A DNA stretch of 60,381 bases from Candidatus Kaiserbacteria bacterium RIFCSPLOWO2_12_FULL_50_10 (GCA_001783515.1 MFMN01000004.1:1-60381), one strand, 5' to 3'. Positions 16,564 to 26,024 are shown, counted from the stretch's first letter. Made by a program: numbers and translations. Notes: generated by a model not told the origin, from the sequence alone.

Positions 16564-17673
16564 ATGTTCAAAGACATTCTCAAACCCGCATATCTCATGA
16601 TTCTCCCCGCACTTCTTATTGCGGGTTTTGGGCTTTCGACACTCTATACCTTTCAGGGCGATAACTCATTCTTTACGAAGCAGGCGGTGGTGCTCGCCAT
16701 TGCGCTCCTCGTGTGTCTTTTTGCCTCAATTCCCGACTACCGTTTTATGCGCACGGGGCACGCCGTCGTGTGGATATACCTCTCCATGTGCGGACTCCTT
16801 GCGCTGACGTTCGTGCTCGGCTACACCGCGCTCGGTGCGCAGATGTCGTTTGACCTCGGCGCCTTTTCGCTGCAGCCGGTTGAATTCGCGCGCATTGCAC
16901 TCATTCTTGTTCTCGCAAAATACTTTTCCATGCGTCACGAACTCATTGGTGCATTTCGTCATATTTTTATCTCCGCCGTGTATCTCGGTGTTCCGTTTGT
17001 CCTCACGCTCCTTCAGCCTGACTTTGGCTCTGCAATGATTCTCGCCGCGGTGTGGTTTGGTATTGTGCTCGTCTCGGGTATCCGCACTCGACACATTGCT
17101 TTTGTGGGAAGTCTCGCTGTTGCTGGCGTTACCTACCTGTGGCTTTTTAAGTTTGCGGACTACCAAAAAGAGCGTATTTACAACTTCCTCGACCCGCTCG
17201 CCGACATTCAAGGCAGCGGCTACAACGCGTATCAAGCAACTATCGCCGCAGGTTCAGGGCAAATGATGGGCAAAGGAATTGGGTATGGGACCCAGTCCAA
17301 GCTCAATTATCTCCCCGAGCATCAAACCGACTTTATCTTCGCGTCGTTTGCCGAGGAGTGGGGGTTTGTTGGTTCAATGGTGTTGTTTGCTTTGTTTGCC
17401 TGGATTATCACCTTGCTTATTCGCGCGGCACGAAATGCGCCGACAAACTTTGAGCGCATTTTTGTTATCGGGTTTGCTATTTATCTCGTAGCGCAATTCA
17501 CGACGCATGTTGGTATGAACATTGGCGTGCTGCCGATTACGGGGCTCCCGCTTCCGTTTATGTCGTTTGGTGGCTCGCATCTCGTGTCGGAATTTCTTGC
17601 GCTCGGCATGGTTATTGGTATGACGAAACATCAGCGGCGCGTTGTTGCAGTGGAGCAAAGTGAGATTATCTGA
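16564..17673 (+). CDS. SEDS-family peptidoglycan polymerase (FtsW/RodA/SpoVE)
   Basis: 369 aa, about 9-10 TM segments, with motifs QPVEFARI, LLQPDFGSA, LPEHQTDFIFA and GLPLPFMSFGGS. Confidence 0.9.
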   Translation: MFKDILKPAYLMILPALLIAGFGLSTLYTFQGDNSFFTKQAVVLAIALLVCLFASIPDYRFMRTGHAVVWIYLSMCGLLALTFVLGYTALGAQMSFDLGAFSLQPVEFARIALILVLAKYFSMRHELIGAFRHIFISAVYLGVPFVLTLLQPDFGSAMILAAVWFGIVLVSGIRTRHIAFVGSLAVAGVTYLWLFKFADYQKERIYNFLDPLADIQGSGYNAYQATIAAGSGQMMGKGIGYGTQSKLNYLPEHQTDFIFASFAEEWGFVGSMVLFALFAWIITLLIRAARNAPTNFERIFVIGFAIYLVAQFTTHVGMNIGVLPITGLPLPFMSFGGSHLVSEFLALGMVIGMTKHQRRVVAVEQSEII

Positions 17674-17679
17674 TACAGT
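17674..17679 (+). promoter_or_regulatory. Extended -10 (TGaTACAGT), 7 nt before ATG 17687
   Basis: cTGaTACAGTgtcgggtATG, overlapping the 3' end of the SEDS gene. Confidence 0.4.
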
Positions 17680-17686
17680 GTCGGGT

Positions 17687-18265
17687 ATGACAACTTATTC
17701 TCCTCGCGTTGAACGCGCTATAAAACTCGCTGCATGGCTGCATCGCGACCAGGTCCGTAAAGGCCGGATTTCCTATCCATACATCACGCACCTTATGTCG
17801 CTCGCTATGATGCTTCGCGATTACACTGATGACGAAGACGTGATTATTGCCGCGCTCCTCCATGATGCTCTCGAAGACACGCCGTTCACGGAAGGCGAGC
17901 TCGAAACAGAATTTGGCGCACGCATCGCAGACATCGTGCGCGGCGTTTCCGAATGGACAGGCGACCCTGCCGCGAGGCCTCCGTTTGAAGAACGTCGACG
18001 CCGCTACATAGCGCAGTTGCACGCTGCGCCCCACGAATCGCTCCTCGTCTCCCTTGCAGACAAAATCCACAACCTTCGCTCGATGGTCGAAGAATACGAT
18101 GGTCGCCCTGACGAATTTCTTCGCGACTTTGGCACTATCGAGACACGTGTACATTTCTATGAAGAAATTAGTGCGCTCCTCCATGAACGTCTCCAGGACC
18201 ATCCGCTCCTTGCCTCGCTCGACGATGCGCTCACTGAATTTAAAACACTTGCCGTGCATCCATAA
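17687..18265 (+). CDS. HD-domain (p)ppGpp hydrolase-like protein (SpoT/Mesh1-type small alarmone hydrolase; no synthetase domain)
   Basis: 192 aa. HLMSLAMMLRD...AALLHDALEDT matches the RelA/SpoT HD hydrolase signature. Confidence 0.8.
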   Translation: MTTYSPRVERAIKLAAWLHRDQVRKGRISYPYITHLMSLAMMLRDYTDDEDVIIAALLHDALEDTPFTEGELETEFGARIADIVRGVSEWTGDPAARPPFEERRRRYIAQLHAAPHESLLVSLADKIHNLRSMVEEYDGRPDEFLRDFGTIETRVHFYEEISALLHERLQDHPLLASLDDALTEFKTLAVHP

Positions 18266-18269
18266 TATC

Positions 18270-18305
18270 AAAACAGCACGCTCCATGAATGGAGCGTGCT
18301 GTTTT
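18270..18305. terminator. Bidirectional intrinsic terminator (HD gene / trxB)
   Basis: aaaacagcacgctcca-tgaa-tggagcgtgctgtttt, with A and T tracts on either side. Confidence 0.9.
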
Positions 18306-18320
18306 AGAATGTGTCTGAAG

Positions 18321-19247
18321 TTAGGTTGTCTTGAGTGTGACGTAAATGTCCTCGAGTGCTTTTACGCCGTCGCCAGCAGAGATGTTGTTCTGATGGTAGC
18401 GGACGTTGGTGCAGTCGCCCGCAGCCCAGATACCGGGAACGGATGTCTTCTGTGTCCACGGGTCGATGGTGACATGGCCAATAGGGTCAGTGTCAACAAC
18501 GCTAATTGCGTAGCCGGTATTCGGCACGACACCGATTTCGACGAAGATACCTTCTGCCGGGAGAGTAATTTCCTCGCCTGATATTTTATCTTTGTAGCTG
18601 ATGCTCTTGGCGAATTTGTCGCCTTCGACTTTGGTTGGCACTGCGTTGAGAATCGCTTTCATCTTTGGGTTCGCAAGCACCTTTTCAACCGTTACCGGGT
18701 CAGCCTTAAACTCGGCGCTGCGGTGGAGCAAGGTAACCGACTTCGCATACGCAAGGAGTTGCGCGGCTGATTCGAAGCCAGCGTTGCCACCGCCGACAAC
18801 CACGACGTCCATACCAGCGAAGAGCGGGCCGTCGCATGAGGCGCAGTACGTGACGCCTTTGTGTTCGAAGGTGTCTGCGCCAGGAACGTCGAGCTTACGG
18901 CGTCCTGAGCCTGTTGCAATGAGGATTGCTTTTGCAGTGATTTTCTCACCGTTTTCAAGCACGACAGTGTGCGTGCCGGCACCTTTTTCAATTGCTGCAA
19001 CACCGCCGACTTTTACGGAGACGGTATTTTCGGGCATGCTCTTGAGGTGGTTTTCAAGCGCCTTGGCAAGTTCGGCACCAGCAATTGCTGGCGTGCCAAT
19101 CCAGTTGTAAATAGTCTCCGAGACAACGCTCTGCCCGCCCCATTCTTTGGTAACGAGGAGTGTTTTGAGTTGTTTGCGTGAAGCGTAGACGCCGGCGGAA
19201 ATTCCCGCAGGGCCGCCACCGAGGATAATGAGGTCGTAAGTTTCCAT
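18321..19247 (-). CDS. trxB: Thioredoxin-disulfide reductase
   Basis: 308 aa from ATG 19247 with GGGPAG FAD motif, CASC redox centre (CASCDG) and the GGGNAG NADPH motif. Confidence 0.92.
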   Translation of the reverse strand: METYDLIILGGGPAGISAGVYASRKQLKTLLVTKEWGGQSVVSETIYNWIGTPAIAGAELAKALENHLKSMPENTVSVKVGGVAAIEKGAGTHTVVLENGEKITAKAILIATGSGRRKLDVPGADTFEHKGVTYCASCDGPLFAGMDVVVVGGGNAGFESAAQLLAYAKSVTLLHRSAEFKADPVTVEKVLANPKMKAILNAVPTKVEGDKFAKSISYKDKISGEEITLPAEGIFVEIGVVPNTGYAISVVDTDPIGHVTIDPWTQKTSVPGIWAAGDCTNVRYHQNNISAGDGVKALEDIYVTLKTT

Positions 19248-19465
19248 AATGTGTATCAATACTTTATTTTGTACAGTAATGGCACGAGTATACCCTCCTG
19301 CAGGGGAATTGTCTAGTGCTCGTTTTCCACAGGTCGCTTTTTGGGGACGTAGGGTATACTGCTGCTACGGCCGGAATGCAGTGCTCACCTTACCTGACAT
19401 TCCGAATAATGTGGTTGCGTACTGAAACATACGCACTTTTATTTCCTCACCTCACCTCTATTCAT

Positions 19466-20503
19466 ATGTCCTCAATTCAAAAAGGCGGAAGCGCTGTTGA
19501 TATTAACAAGCGACGCATTATTAACGGCGCAGATGCCGACGTGATGCAGCTCTACCCGATGCGACACACCTTCGCATGGGATGCGTACCTTGCTGGCAAC
19601 GCGAACCATTGGCTGCCGACAGAAATTTCCATGCAGCTCGATATTGAGCAGTGGAAGTCAAAAACAGCGCTCACCGAAGATGAACGCAAGGCATTTGAAA
19701 CCGTGCTCGGCTTCTTTACCACGGCCGACTCTATCGCTGCAAACAACGTCGTGATGGGCTTCTATAAGCACACCACGTCGCCAGAATGTCGTATGTATAT
19801 GCTTCGCCAAGGATACGAAGAGGCAATCCACACCCATGCGTATCAGTACATTGTCGAGTCGCTCGGGATGGACGAATCTCGTATCTTCAACATGTACCGT
19901 GAGGTTGAAGCGATTTACAAAAAGGATGACTTCGTGCTCTCGTTCAACGAAGGTATTTTCGACCCCAACTTCAAAACAGGCACCTTCGAGAATGATCAAA
20001 AGTTTCTCGAAAACATCGTCGTCTTCTCGCTCATTATGGAAGGTATTTTCTTCTACTCATCGTTTGCGGTGATGTTTGGCTTCCAGCGTCTTGGCAAACT
20101 TACGGGTTCTGCTGAGCAGATTCAATACATCATGCGTGACGAATCACAGCACCTCAACTTCGGTATCAATTTGATAAACACGATTAAAAACGAACAGCCA
20201 GAGCTCTGGACTCCGGAGTTTCAGCAGCACTGTGTCGACCTTGTGAAGCGTGCGGTTGCCCTTGAATATGAATTCGCGACAACGGTTTTCCCGAAGGGCA
20301 TCTTCGGTATGAACGCCGACGGCTTCCGCGACTACATTCGCTATATCGCCGACAAGCGCCTTGGCATGATTGGACTTCCCGCACAGTACAATGTAGAAAA
20401 CCCATTCCCGTGGATGTCCGAAGCTATCGACCTCAACAAGGAAAAGAACTTCTTCGAAACAAGAGTCACCGAGTATAAAGTCGGCGGACAGCTTGAATGG
20501 TAG
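19466..20503 (+). CDS. nrdB: Ribonucleotide reductase class I beta subunit
   Basis: 345 aa from ATG 19466 with diiron/tyrosyl motif EEAIHTHAY and a second EESQHLNF-type ligand set (RDESQHL). Confidence 0.9.
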   Translation: MSSIQKGGSAVDINKRRIINGADADVMQLYPMRHTFAWDAYLAGNANHWLPTEISMQLDIEQWKSKTALTEDERKAFETVLGFFTTADSIAANNVVMGFYKHTTSPECRMYMLRQGYEEAIHTHAYQYIVESLGMDESRIFNMYREVEAIYKKDDFVLSFNEGIFDPNFKTGTFENDQKFLENIVVFSLIMEGIFFYSSFAVMFGFQRLGKLTGSAEQIQYIMRDESQHLNFGINLINTIKNEQPELWTPEFQQHCVDLVKRAVALEYEFATTVFPKGIFGMNADGFRDYIRYIADKRLGMIGLPAQYNVENPFPWMSEAIDLNKEKNFFETRVTEYKVGGQLEW

Positions 20504-20513
20504 AACAGTAGCT

Positions 20514-21371
20514 ATGAATATTTTTTCAGAGAAGCAAAAAGAAAATGGAGAGTTGACCGTTGCGGGCATGCTACCACCTGCGGAGCGTATTGTGTTTGAA
20601 AAACTTGCCGTCGGGCAGGATGCAGCTACGTTCTACCTATCCTCCTACTTTGATTGGCACAGGCTTCTTGCGCTGCAAAATGATGGGCAGTATCGTTTAT
20701 TGTTTTGGCGGATGCAGCCGAATGCGCACGAGGCAACCGATGTTCGTGTCTATACGGGTTCATACCACGCTATGCGTACGCCGCTTGGCGATGAAGGATT
20801 AAAGCTTGCGATAGGACTGCGCGGAGATTCTCTTGGAAGTGACGTTGACGACGAAGAGCTGATTCTGGTACGTAGCGGCGATGCAGAGCTCCTCCTTCGT
20901 GCGTCCGAACTGCATGATATTGCGGCAGATATTGCCGCAGAGGGCACCATGGGACGTAGCGAGTACTATTGGTATCGAGTATCGCCCTTTGACCTCTTTG
21001 TGCAAGAGCCACACGGCGGTCGTACCGCGATACCGTTTACAGACTTACCGCACGCCGTGCAGGATATGCTCTCGGCAAAGCCGCTGCTTGCAACTATCGT
21101 GAGTGTTGATGAACGGCTTACGGATGAAGATACTGTCATGTGCACCCTAGATATTGGTGAAGCAGAGGGGCTGCGCATGAACATGCCGCTCTACTCACCG
21201 CAAGGCAGCGGGAAGCACCTTAAAGGTTGGGTTTGGGAAATGACCCCGCACGCGTGTCGAGTTGGCATTGAGTATCACTGTGTCGCACCCCATTGTGTCG
21301 ACGAGGGCAATGTTGCAACCTTCCCAAGGGTTGGCGATACACTCACCTCGCTCGCTCCTTCTCCTGAATAA
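20514..21371 (+). CDS. Hypothetical protein directly downstream of nrdB
   Basis: 285 aa starting 8 nt after the nrdB stop; I recognise no motif. Confidence 0.7.
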   Translation: MNIFSEKQKENGELTVAGMLPPAERIVFEKLAVGQDAATFYLSSYFDWHRLLALQNDGQYRLLFWRMQPNAHEATDVRVYTGSYHAMRTPLGDEGLKLAIGLRGDSLGSDVDDEELILVRSGDAELLLRASELHDIAADIAAEGTMGRSEYYWYRVSPFDLFVQEPHGGRTAIPFTDLPHAVQDMLSAKPLLATIVSVDERLTDEDTVMCTLDIGEAEGLRMNMPLYSPQGSGKHLKGWVWEMTPHACRVGIEYHCVAPHCVDEGNVATFPRVGDTLTSLAPSPE

Positions 21372-21396
21372 AATTTGGGGAGCATGATACAGAAAC

Positions 21397-21427
21397 AAAA
21401 AGCGTTACCTTTGTGTCACGCTTTTTG
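21397..21427 (+). terminator. Intrinsic terminator
   Basis: aaaaagcgt-(12 nt)-acgcttttt. Confidence 0.65.
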
Positions 21428-21446
21428 TCTGATTCTTTACTTGGGG

Positions 21447-21452
21447 TAGAAT
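21447..21452 (+). promoter_or_regulatory. -10 box TAGAAT, 6 nt before ATG 21459 (leaderless)
   Basis: gggTAGAATagcggtATG. Confidence 0.5.
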
Positions 21453-21458
21453 AGCGGT

Positions 21459-21710
21459 ATGAAAAAATCTGTGCCAGCACATCGGGTTGCCCCGAAAGAT
21501 TTGAAGGCGGCGCTTGCTGCAGCACCTTCGGCGATGCGTGTGTGGGATACTATTACGCCGCTTGCAAAGAGCGAGTGGATTTGTTGGATTACTTCAGGTG
21601 CAAAAGCAGAGACACGAAGCATTCGTATCGAAAAGGGAATCGCAAAGCTCGAGAGTGGCATGCGTCGCCCATGCTGCTGGGCAGGCTGTCCACATCGAGG
21701 GGTCGCTTAA
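21459..21710 (+). CDS. YdeI/OmpD-associated (OmdA) family small protein
   Basis: 83 aa. WITSGAKAETRSIRIEKGIAKLESGMRRPCCWAGCPHR resembles the C-terminal signature of that family. Confidence 0.65.
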   Translation: MKKSVPAHRVAPKDLKAALAAAPSAMRVWDTITPLAKSEWICWITSGAKAETRSIRIEKGIAKLESGMRRPCCWAGCPHRGVA

Positions 21711-21712
21711 CT

Positions 21713-21744
21713 AAAAAACACCAGCATGTACGTTGGTGTTTTTT
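21713..21744. terminator. Bidirectional intrinsic terminator (ydeI-like / rnr)
   Basis: aaaaaacacca-gcatgtacgt-tggtgtttttt. Confidence 0.85.
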
Positions 21745-21751
21745 AGTTTCG

Positions 21752-23701
21752 TTAGCTTTTACGTTCCTCGACAAGTGCAAAGTCGAGCTGTTTGCCTTCG
21801 AGGTCGGCTTTGATGAGTTTGATTTTTACGGGGTCGCCGAGGCGGAATTTCTTGCCAGTGCGCTTGCCACGAATTTCGTACTTGCCGGGGACGTTTTCGA
21901 AGAAGTCGTTGCCGAGGGCATTGAGACGAATGAGGCCTTCCGCTTTTGATTCGTTGTCTTGTACGAAGAGTCCAAAGTCGGAAACGCCGGAGACTGAGCC
22001 GTTAAACTCTTGTCCGACGCGAGTTGTCATGTATTCAACTTGCTTGTACTTGATAGAGTCGCGTTCGATGCGGACAGCCTTCACTTCGCTTGCAGAGTTT
22101 TGCGTTGAAACTTTCTCGTAGTGTTCAATATCCTTTTTGCCGAGCTTCACGCCGTCAATGTGTGCACGGAGGAGGCGATGTACCATGAGGTCGGGGTAGC
22201 GGCGAATCGGCGAGGTGAAGTGTGTGTAGAATTTGAACGCGAGGCCGAAGTGGCCGATGTTGCTGGTTGAATAAATGGCTTTTGCCATGGAGCGGAGTGT
22301 GGCGATTTTAATCATTGCTTCCTCGGGCTTTCCTTCGATAGACGCAAGGAGCGCATTGATGTCCGTCGCTTTCACCATGCCCTTTTCGTGGTGGAGTTCG
22401 TAGCCGAGTGCTTTGAGGAAGGTAGCAAGCTCCTCGATACGTTCAACGTCTGGCGTGTCGTGGATGCGATACACGAAGACTGGTTCGTTGCCAGACTTCT
22501 TTGCAAGGTCGTTAATGTGCTTTGCAACCTGGGTGTTCGCAAGAAGCATGAAGTCTTCAATCATCATCATCGATTCGATGCGCGTTTTCACATACACGCG
22601 AACGGGACGTTTTTGTTCGTCGAGCTCGAAGCGGACTTCGTCGGTCTCAAAACCGATTGAGCCAGCAGCGAAGCGTGCCTTCCGCATGATGCGTGCAAGC
22701 TCGAAGAGCGCCGTGAGGTCTTCTACGTGGTCGCCCTGTTTTGTCTCGAATGCTTCCTGTGCCTCTTCGTAGCTGAAGCGGCGGTCGGAGTGAATGATGG
22801 TTTGCCCGTACCACTCGCCTACAATTTCAGCCTTCGGGGTCATTTCAAAGACGGCAGAAAACGCGAGGCGGTCTTCGTTCGGGCGGATTGAACAAAGGTC
22901 GTTCGAAAGCACCTCAGGAAGCATCGGGATAACGCGGTCAACCATATAGATAGACGTGCCGCGCTTTACGGCTTCTTTGTCGATGGCGCTGCCGGGCGTT
23001 ACATAGTGCGACACGTCTGCAATGTGGATGCCGATTTCGTAGTTACCGTTTTCGAGTTTGACAATCGAGAGCGCGTCGTCGAAGTCTTTAGCATCTTTTG
23101 GGTCGATGGTGAAGGTGAGGCGATCGCGCATGTCGCGGCGCTTTGGGTCTTTTTCTGCCTGGGCAAAAATTTCCTCTTTGCGCTTGTAAATGTCTTCGGA
23201 AGCGGCGGCTACTTCAGGAGGGAAGTCAGATGCGAAACCGCCCGCACGAATGAGTGCTTGCATTTCGGTTTCGTGTTCGCCATTTTTGCCGAGGACGTCG
23301 ATGATGGCGACTAACGGCTCCGTGTGGGCATCAACCCAGCGTACGAGCTTCACCGCAACTTTCATGCCAACTTGTTCGGGGGTCGCGTTTTCGATAACGG
23401 GATGCACGTGCATCATGTTGTTGTCGGCAATGAGTTTGAGTTTGCCTTCGAGGGAGTTCACGACACCGATGTATTCGGTGCGTCCGCGCTCTACGATACG
23501 AACGAGGTTTACTTCAGGTGCTTTTCCCGCAACTACAGGACGTCCAGAATGGACAACCTCAACCGTGTCGCCGTCAAGCGCAACGCCGGTCTCGCCGGGC
23601 GGAATCACCACGTCTTCTTTACCTTCTCCGAGACGCACAAAGCCAATGTTTTTCTTGCCGCGAATCTGCAGCGTGCCGATATAGGTCTCTTTTGTTTGCA
23701 T
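21752..23701 (-). CDS. rnr: Ribonuclease R (RNase II/VacB family 3'-5' exoribonuclease)
   Basis: 649 aa from ATG 23701 with cold-shock-like N-terminal domains, an RNB catalytic domain (TFTIDPKDAKDFDDALS; HFGLAFKFYTHFTSPIRRYPDL) and a C-terminal S1 domain. Confidence 0.92.
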   Translation of the reverse strand: MQTKETYIGTLQIRGKKNIGFVRLGEGKEDVVIPPGETGVALDGDTVEVVHSGRPVVAGKAPEVNLVRIVERGRTEYIGVVNSLEGKLKLIADNNMMHVHPVIENATPEQVGMKVAVKLVRWVDAHTEPLVAIIDVLGKNGEHETEMQALIRAGGFASDFPPEVAAASEDIYKRKEEIFAQAEKDPKRRDMRDRLTFTIDPKDAKDFDDALSIVKLENGNYEIGIHIADVSHYVTPGSAIDKEAVKRGTSIYMVDRVIPMLPEVLSNDLCSIRPNEDRLAFSAVFEMTPKAEIVGEWYGQTIIHSDRRFSYEEAQEAFETKQGDHVEDLTALFELARIMRKARFAAGSIGFETDEVRFELDEQKRPVRVYVKTRIESMMMIEDFMLLANTQVAKHINDLAKKSGNEPVFVYRIHDTPDVERIEELATFLKALGYELHHEKGMVKATDINALLASIEGKPEEAMIKIATLRSMAKAIYSTSNIGHFGLAFKFYTHFTSPIRRYPDLMVHRLLRAHIDGVKLGKKDIEHYEKVSTQNSASEVKAVRIERDSIKYKQVEYMTTRVGQEFNGSVSGVSDFGLFVQDNESKAEGLIRLNALGNDFFENVPGKYEIRGKRTGKKFRLGDPVKIKLIKADLEGKQLDFALVEERKS

Positions 23702-23707
23702 AGCGCT

Positions 23708-23713
23708 ACTGTA
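23708..23713 (-). promoter_or_regulatory. -10 box TACAGT, 6 nt before rnr ATG (leaderless)
   Basis: Minus strand reads gcTACAGTagcgctATG. Confidence 0.45.
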
Positions 23714-23730
23714 GCATAGAAATGGGTTAC

Positions 23731-23758
23731 TTGAAATGCGCGGGCAGTTTTGTATACT
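23731..23758 (+). promoter_or_regulatory. groES promoter TTGAAA-N16-TATACT
   Basis: TTGAAA 23731-23736 and TATACT 23753-23758, with a ~30-nt leader lacking an SD; no CIRCE inverted repeat seen. Confidence 0.55.
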
Positions 23759-23788
23759 GCGAGCATTACCCGTCATAAGTACAATACA

Positions 23789-24100
23789 ATGAAAAAAGAA
23801 CTAGGTATTATTCCGCTTGGCGACCGTGTGCTGCTGCGACCGTTTTCGGAAGGAGAGCTTTCGAACGCGTCGTCGCTGGGAATTATTCTTCCGCAGGACA
23901 GAGAAAAAGCACAGACAGGGCAAGGCGAAGTTATGGCAGTTGGCGCAGGGAAGATGCTTGAAAACGGCGAGAAGGTGGTGGTGCCCGTCAGTGTCGGCGA
24001 CCGCGTACTCTATAGTAAGTACAGTTACGAAGAAGTCTCCGCGAATGGTGTCGACTACCATATTCTTTCCGCAGACAATCTATTAGCAGTATTTAAATAA
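23789..24100 (+). CDS. groES: Co-chaperonin GroES
   Basis: 103 aa; IPLGDRVLLRP...GEVMAVGAG...VGDRVLYSKY. Confidence 0.93.
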   Translation: MKKELGIIPLGDRVLLRPFSEGELSNASSLGIILPQDREKAQTGQGEVMAVGAGKMLENGEKVVVPVSVGDRVLYSKYSYEEVSANGVDYHILSADNLLAVFK

Positions 24101-24112
24101 GTTGCTCGAACG

Positions 24113-24245
24113 CCTGGATCCTTCCAGGATGACAAAAGTAACGGACTTTGATTAAGAGCGATGGGTAGTTAAAGCTGGCGTGGATTTAACTCATAATTAA
24201 TCAAAAACAAAGCCCGTCACTTTTGTCATTCAGAAGGAATCCAGG
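24113..24245. mobile_element. Family B MITE-like element, copy B2, inside the groES-groEL spacer
   Basis: Left end cctggatccttccaggatgacaaaagtaacgg; the right end reverse-complements to cctggattccttctgaatgacaaaagtgacgg. There is an internal agttaaa...tttaact hairpin. Confidence 0.85.
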
Positions 24246-24275
24246 AGCCTGACACTTTATGTAATTTAAAACATT

Positions 24276-25913
24276 ATGGCAAAACAAATATTGTACGGAA
24301 CAGAAGCAAAGCAGCGACTCCAGCGCGGTATTGATGCGGTGGCAAACGCAGTGAAGGTGACCATTGGTCCGCGCGGACGCAATGTTATGCTCGATAAAGG
24401 GTACGGCGGACCGACGATTACAAACGACGGCGTGTCCATCGCGAAGGATATTACCTTGCGCGACAAGTTCGAAAACATGGGCGCAGAAATGATTAAGGAG
24501 GTTGCAAGTAAGGTGAACGACCTTGCTGGCGACGGCACCACGACGGCGACTATTTTGACGCAGGCACTCATTGCCGAAGGTCTCAAAGAAACCTCGTTCG
24601 GACGCTCGCCACTCGTGATTCGTCGCGGTATGGAAATCGCGCGCGATGACGTTATTGCTGCGCTCAAAAAAGCAGCGAAACCAATCCGTAATAGTGAAGA
24701 GATTGTACAAGTTGCAACCATCTCCGCAGAAAACGCAGCGCTCGGCGCAAAGATTGCGGAGACGATAGAAAAAGTTGGCAAGGACGGCGTCGTTACCGTG
24801 CAGGAATCGCAATCATTTGATATCGAAACCGAAATCACGGAAGGTATGCAGTTCGACAAAGGCTACGTGTCGCCGTACATGGTGACAAACCCTGAGCGCA
24901 TGGAGGCAGAATACAAAGACACGCCAATCCTCATTACCGACCAGAAAATCTCGGCACTCAAAGACATTTTGCCGCTTCTTGAAAAGATTGCGCAGAGTGG
25001 ACGTAAAGAACTTATTATTATTGCCGAAGACATTGAAGGCGAAGCGCTTACGACGTTTGTGCTTAATAAACTCCGTGGCGGTTTCTCCGTGCTCGGCATC
25101 AAAGCGCCGGGGTTTGGAGACCGAAAGAAGGACGTGCTCCATGACCTTGCGATTGTGACTGGTGCGACGGTGGTAAGTGCGGAAGTTGGACTTTCGCTCG
25201 AGCAGGTAGAGCTTGCGCACCTCGGACAAGCCTCGCGTGTTGTGTCGACAAAGGACACGACAACCATCGTCGACGGCAAAGGCACGAAGGCGGCAATCAA
25301 GGAACGTGTTGCCGCAATTCGCGCACAACTTGCGCAGGCTTCATCGAAGTATGATAAAGAAAAACTTGCAGAACGCCTTGCAAAACTTACGGGTGGCGTT
25401 GCGGTGATTCGTGTCGGTGCCGCAACAGAAGCGGAAATGAAATACTTGAAGCTCAAAGTAGAAGATGCGGTTGCAGCGACAAAGGCAGCGATTGATGAGG
25501 GTATTGTCTCAGGTGGCGGCACGTCGCTCGCCAAGGCGGCTGCTACCGCACGCAAAGCACTCACAAAGCGTGATGATATTTCTGAAGAAGAGCTCGTCGG
25601 CTACCACATTGTGCTTCGCGCGCTCGAAGCACCACTCCGACAGATTGCAGAAAACGCAGGCATGCTCGACGGTGCGGTGGTGCTTCGTGAAGTGCAAAAA
25701 CTAGGCGGCAATGCTGGCTACAACGCGCAGACCGGCGAAATCGTAGACGACATGATTGCTGCAGGCATCATTGACCCGGTAAAGGTTGAGCGTGCGGGCG
25801 TTGAGTACTCAGTCTCCGCCGCAGGTATTTTCCTCACCACCGAATGCGTGATAGCGGACGAGCCGGAAGAGAAACAAGAACAAGGAAACGCTGGTATGGG
25901 CGGCATGTACTAA
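24276..25913 (+). CDS. groEL: Chaperonin GroEL
   Basis: 545 aa with AGDGTTTATIL, a GGM-type tail (AGMGGMY) and full-length Cpn60 similarity. Confidence 0.95.
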   Translation: MAKQILYGTEAKQRLQRGIDAVANAVKVTIGPRGRNVMLDKGYGGPTITNDGVSIAKDITLRDKFENMGAEMIKEVASKVNDLAGDGTTTATILTQALIAEGLKETSFGRSPLVIRRGMEIARDDVIAALKKAAKPIRNSEEIVQVATISAENAALGAKIAETIEKVGKDGVVTVQESQSFDIETEITEGMQFDKGYVSPYMVTNPERMEAEYKDTPILITDQKISALKDILPLLEKIAQSGRKELIIIAEDIEGEALTTFVLNKLRGGFSVLGIKAPGFGDRKKDVLHDLAIVTGATVVSAEVGLSLEQVELAHLGQASRVVSTKDTTTIVDGKGTKAAIKERVAAIRAQLAQASSKYDKEKLAERLAKLTGGVAVIRVGAATEAEMKYLKLKVEDAVAATKAAIDEGIVSGGGTSLAKAAATARKALTKRDDISEEELVGYHIVLRALEAPLRQIAENAGMLDGAVVLREVQKLGGNAGYNAQTGEIVDDMIAAGIIDPVKVERAGVEYSVSAAGIFLTTECVIADEPEEKQEQGNAGMGGMY

Positions 25914-25973
25914 AGGTTCGATCTGCTCAAAAATAGGAAACAGAATGGCTGAGTGAATAATATCCGACCGTGC

Positions 25974-26010
25974 GTAAAAGAATATCGCCGAGGTGGCGAT
26001 ATTCTTTTAC
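25974..26010 (+). terminator. Terminator-like hairpin after groEL
   Basis: gtaaaagaatatcgcc-gaggt-ggcgatattcttttac. Confidence 0.5.
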
Positions 26011-26024
26011 GCAGATCAGACATT

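Noticed and set aside
23702-23788. CIRCE/HrcA operator upstream of groES
   Set aside because: No TTAGCACTC-N9-GAGTGCTAA-like inverted repeat is present in the 87-bp rnr-groES spacer.
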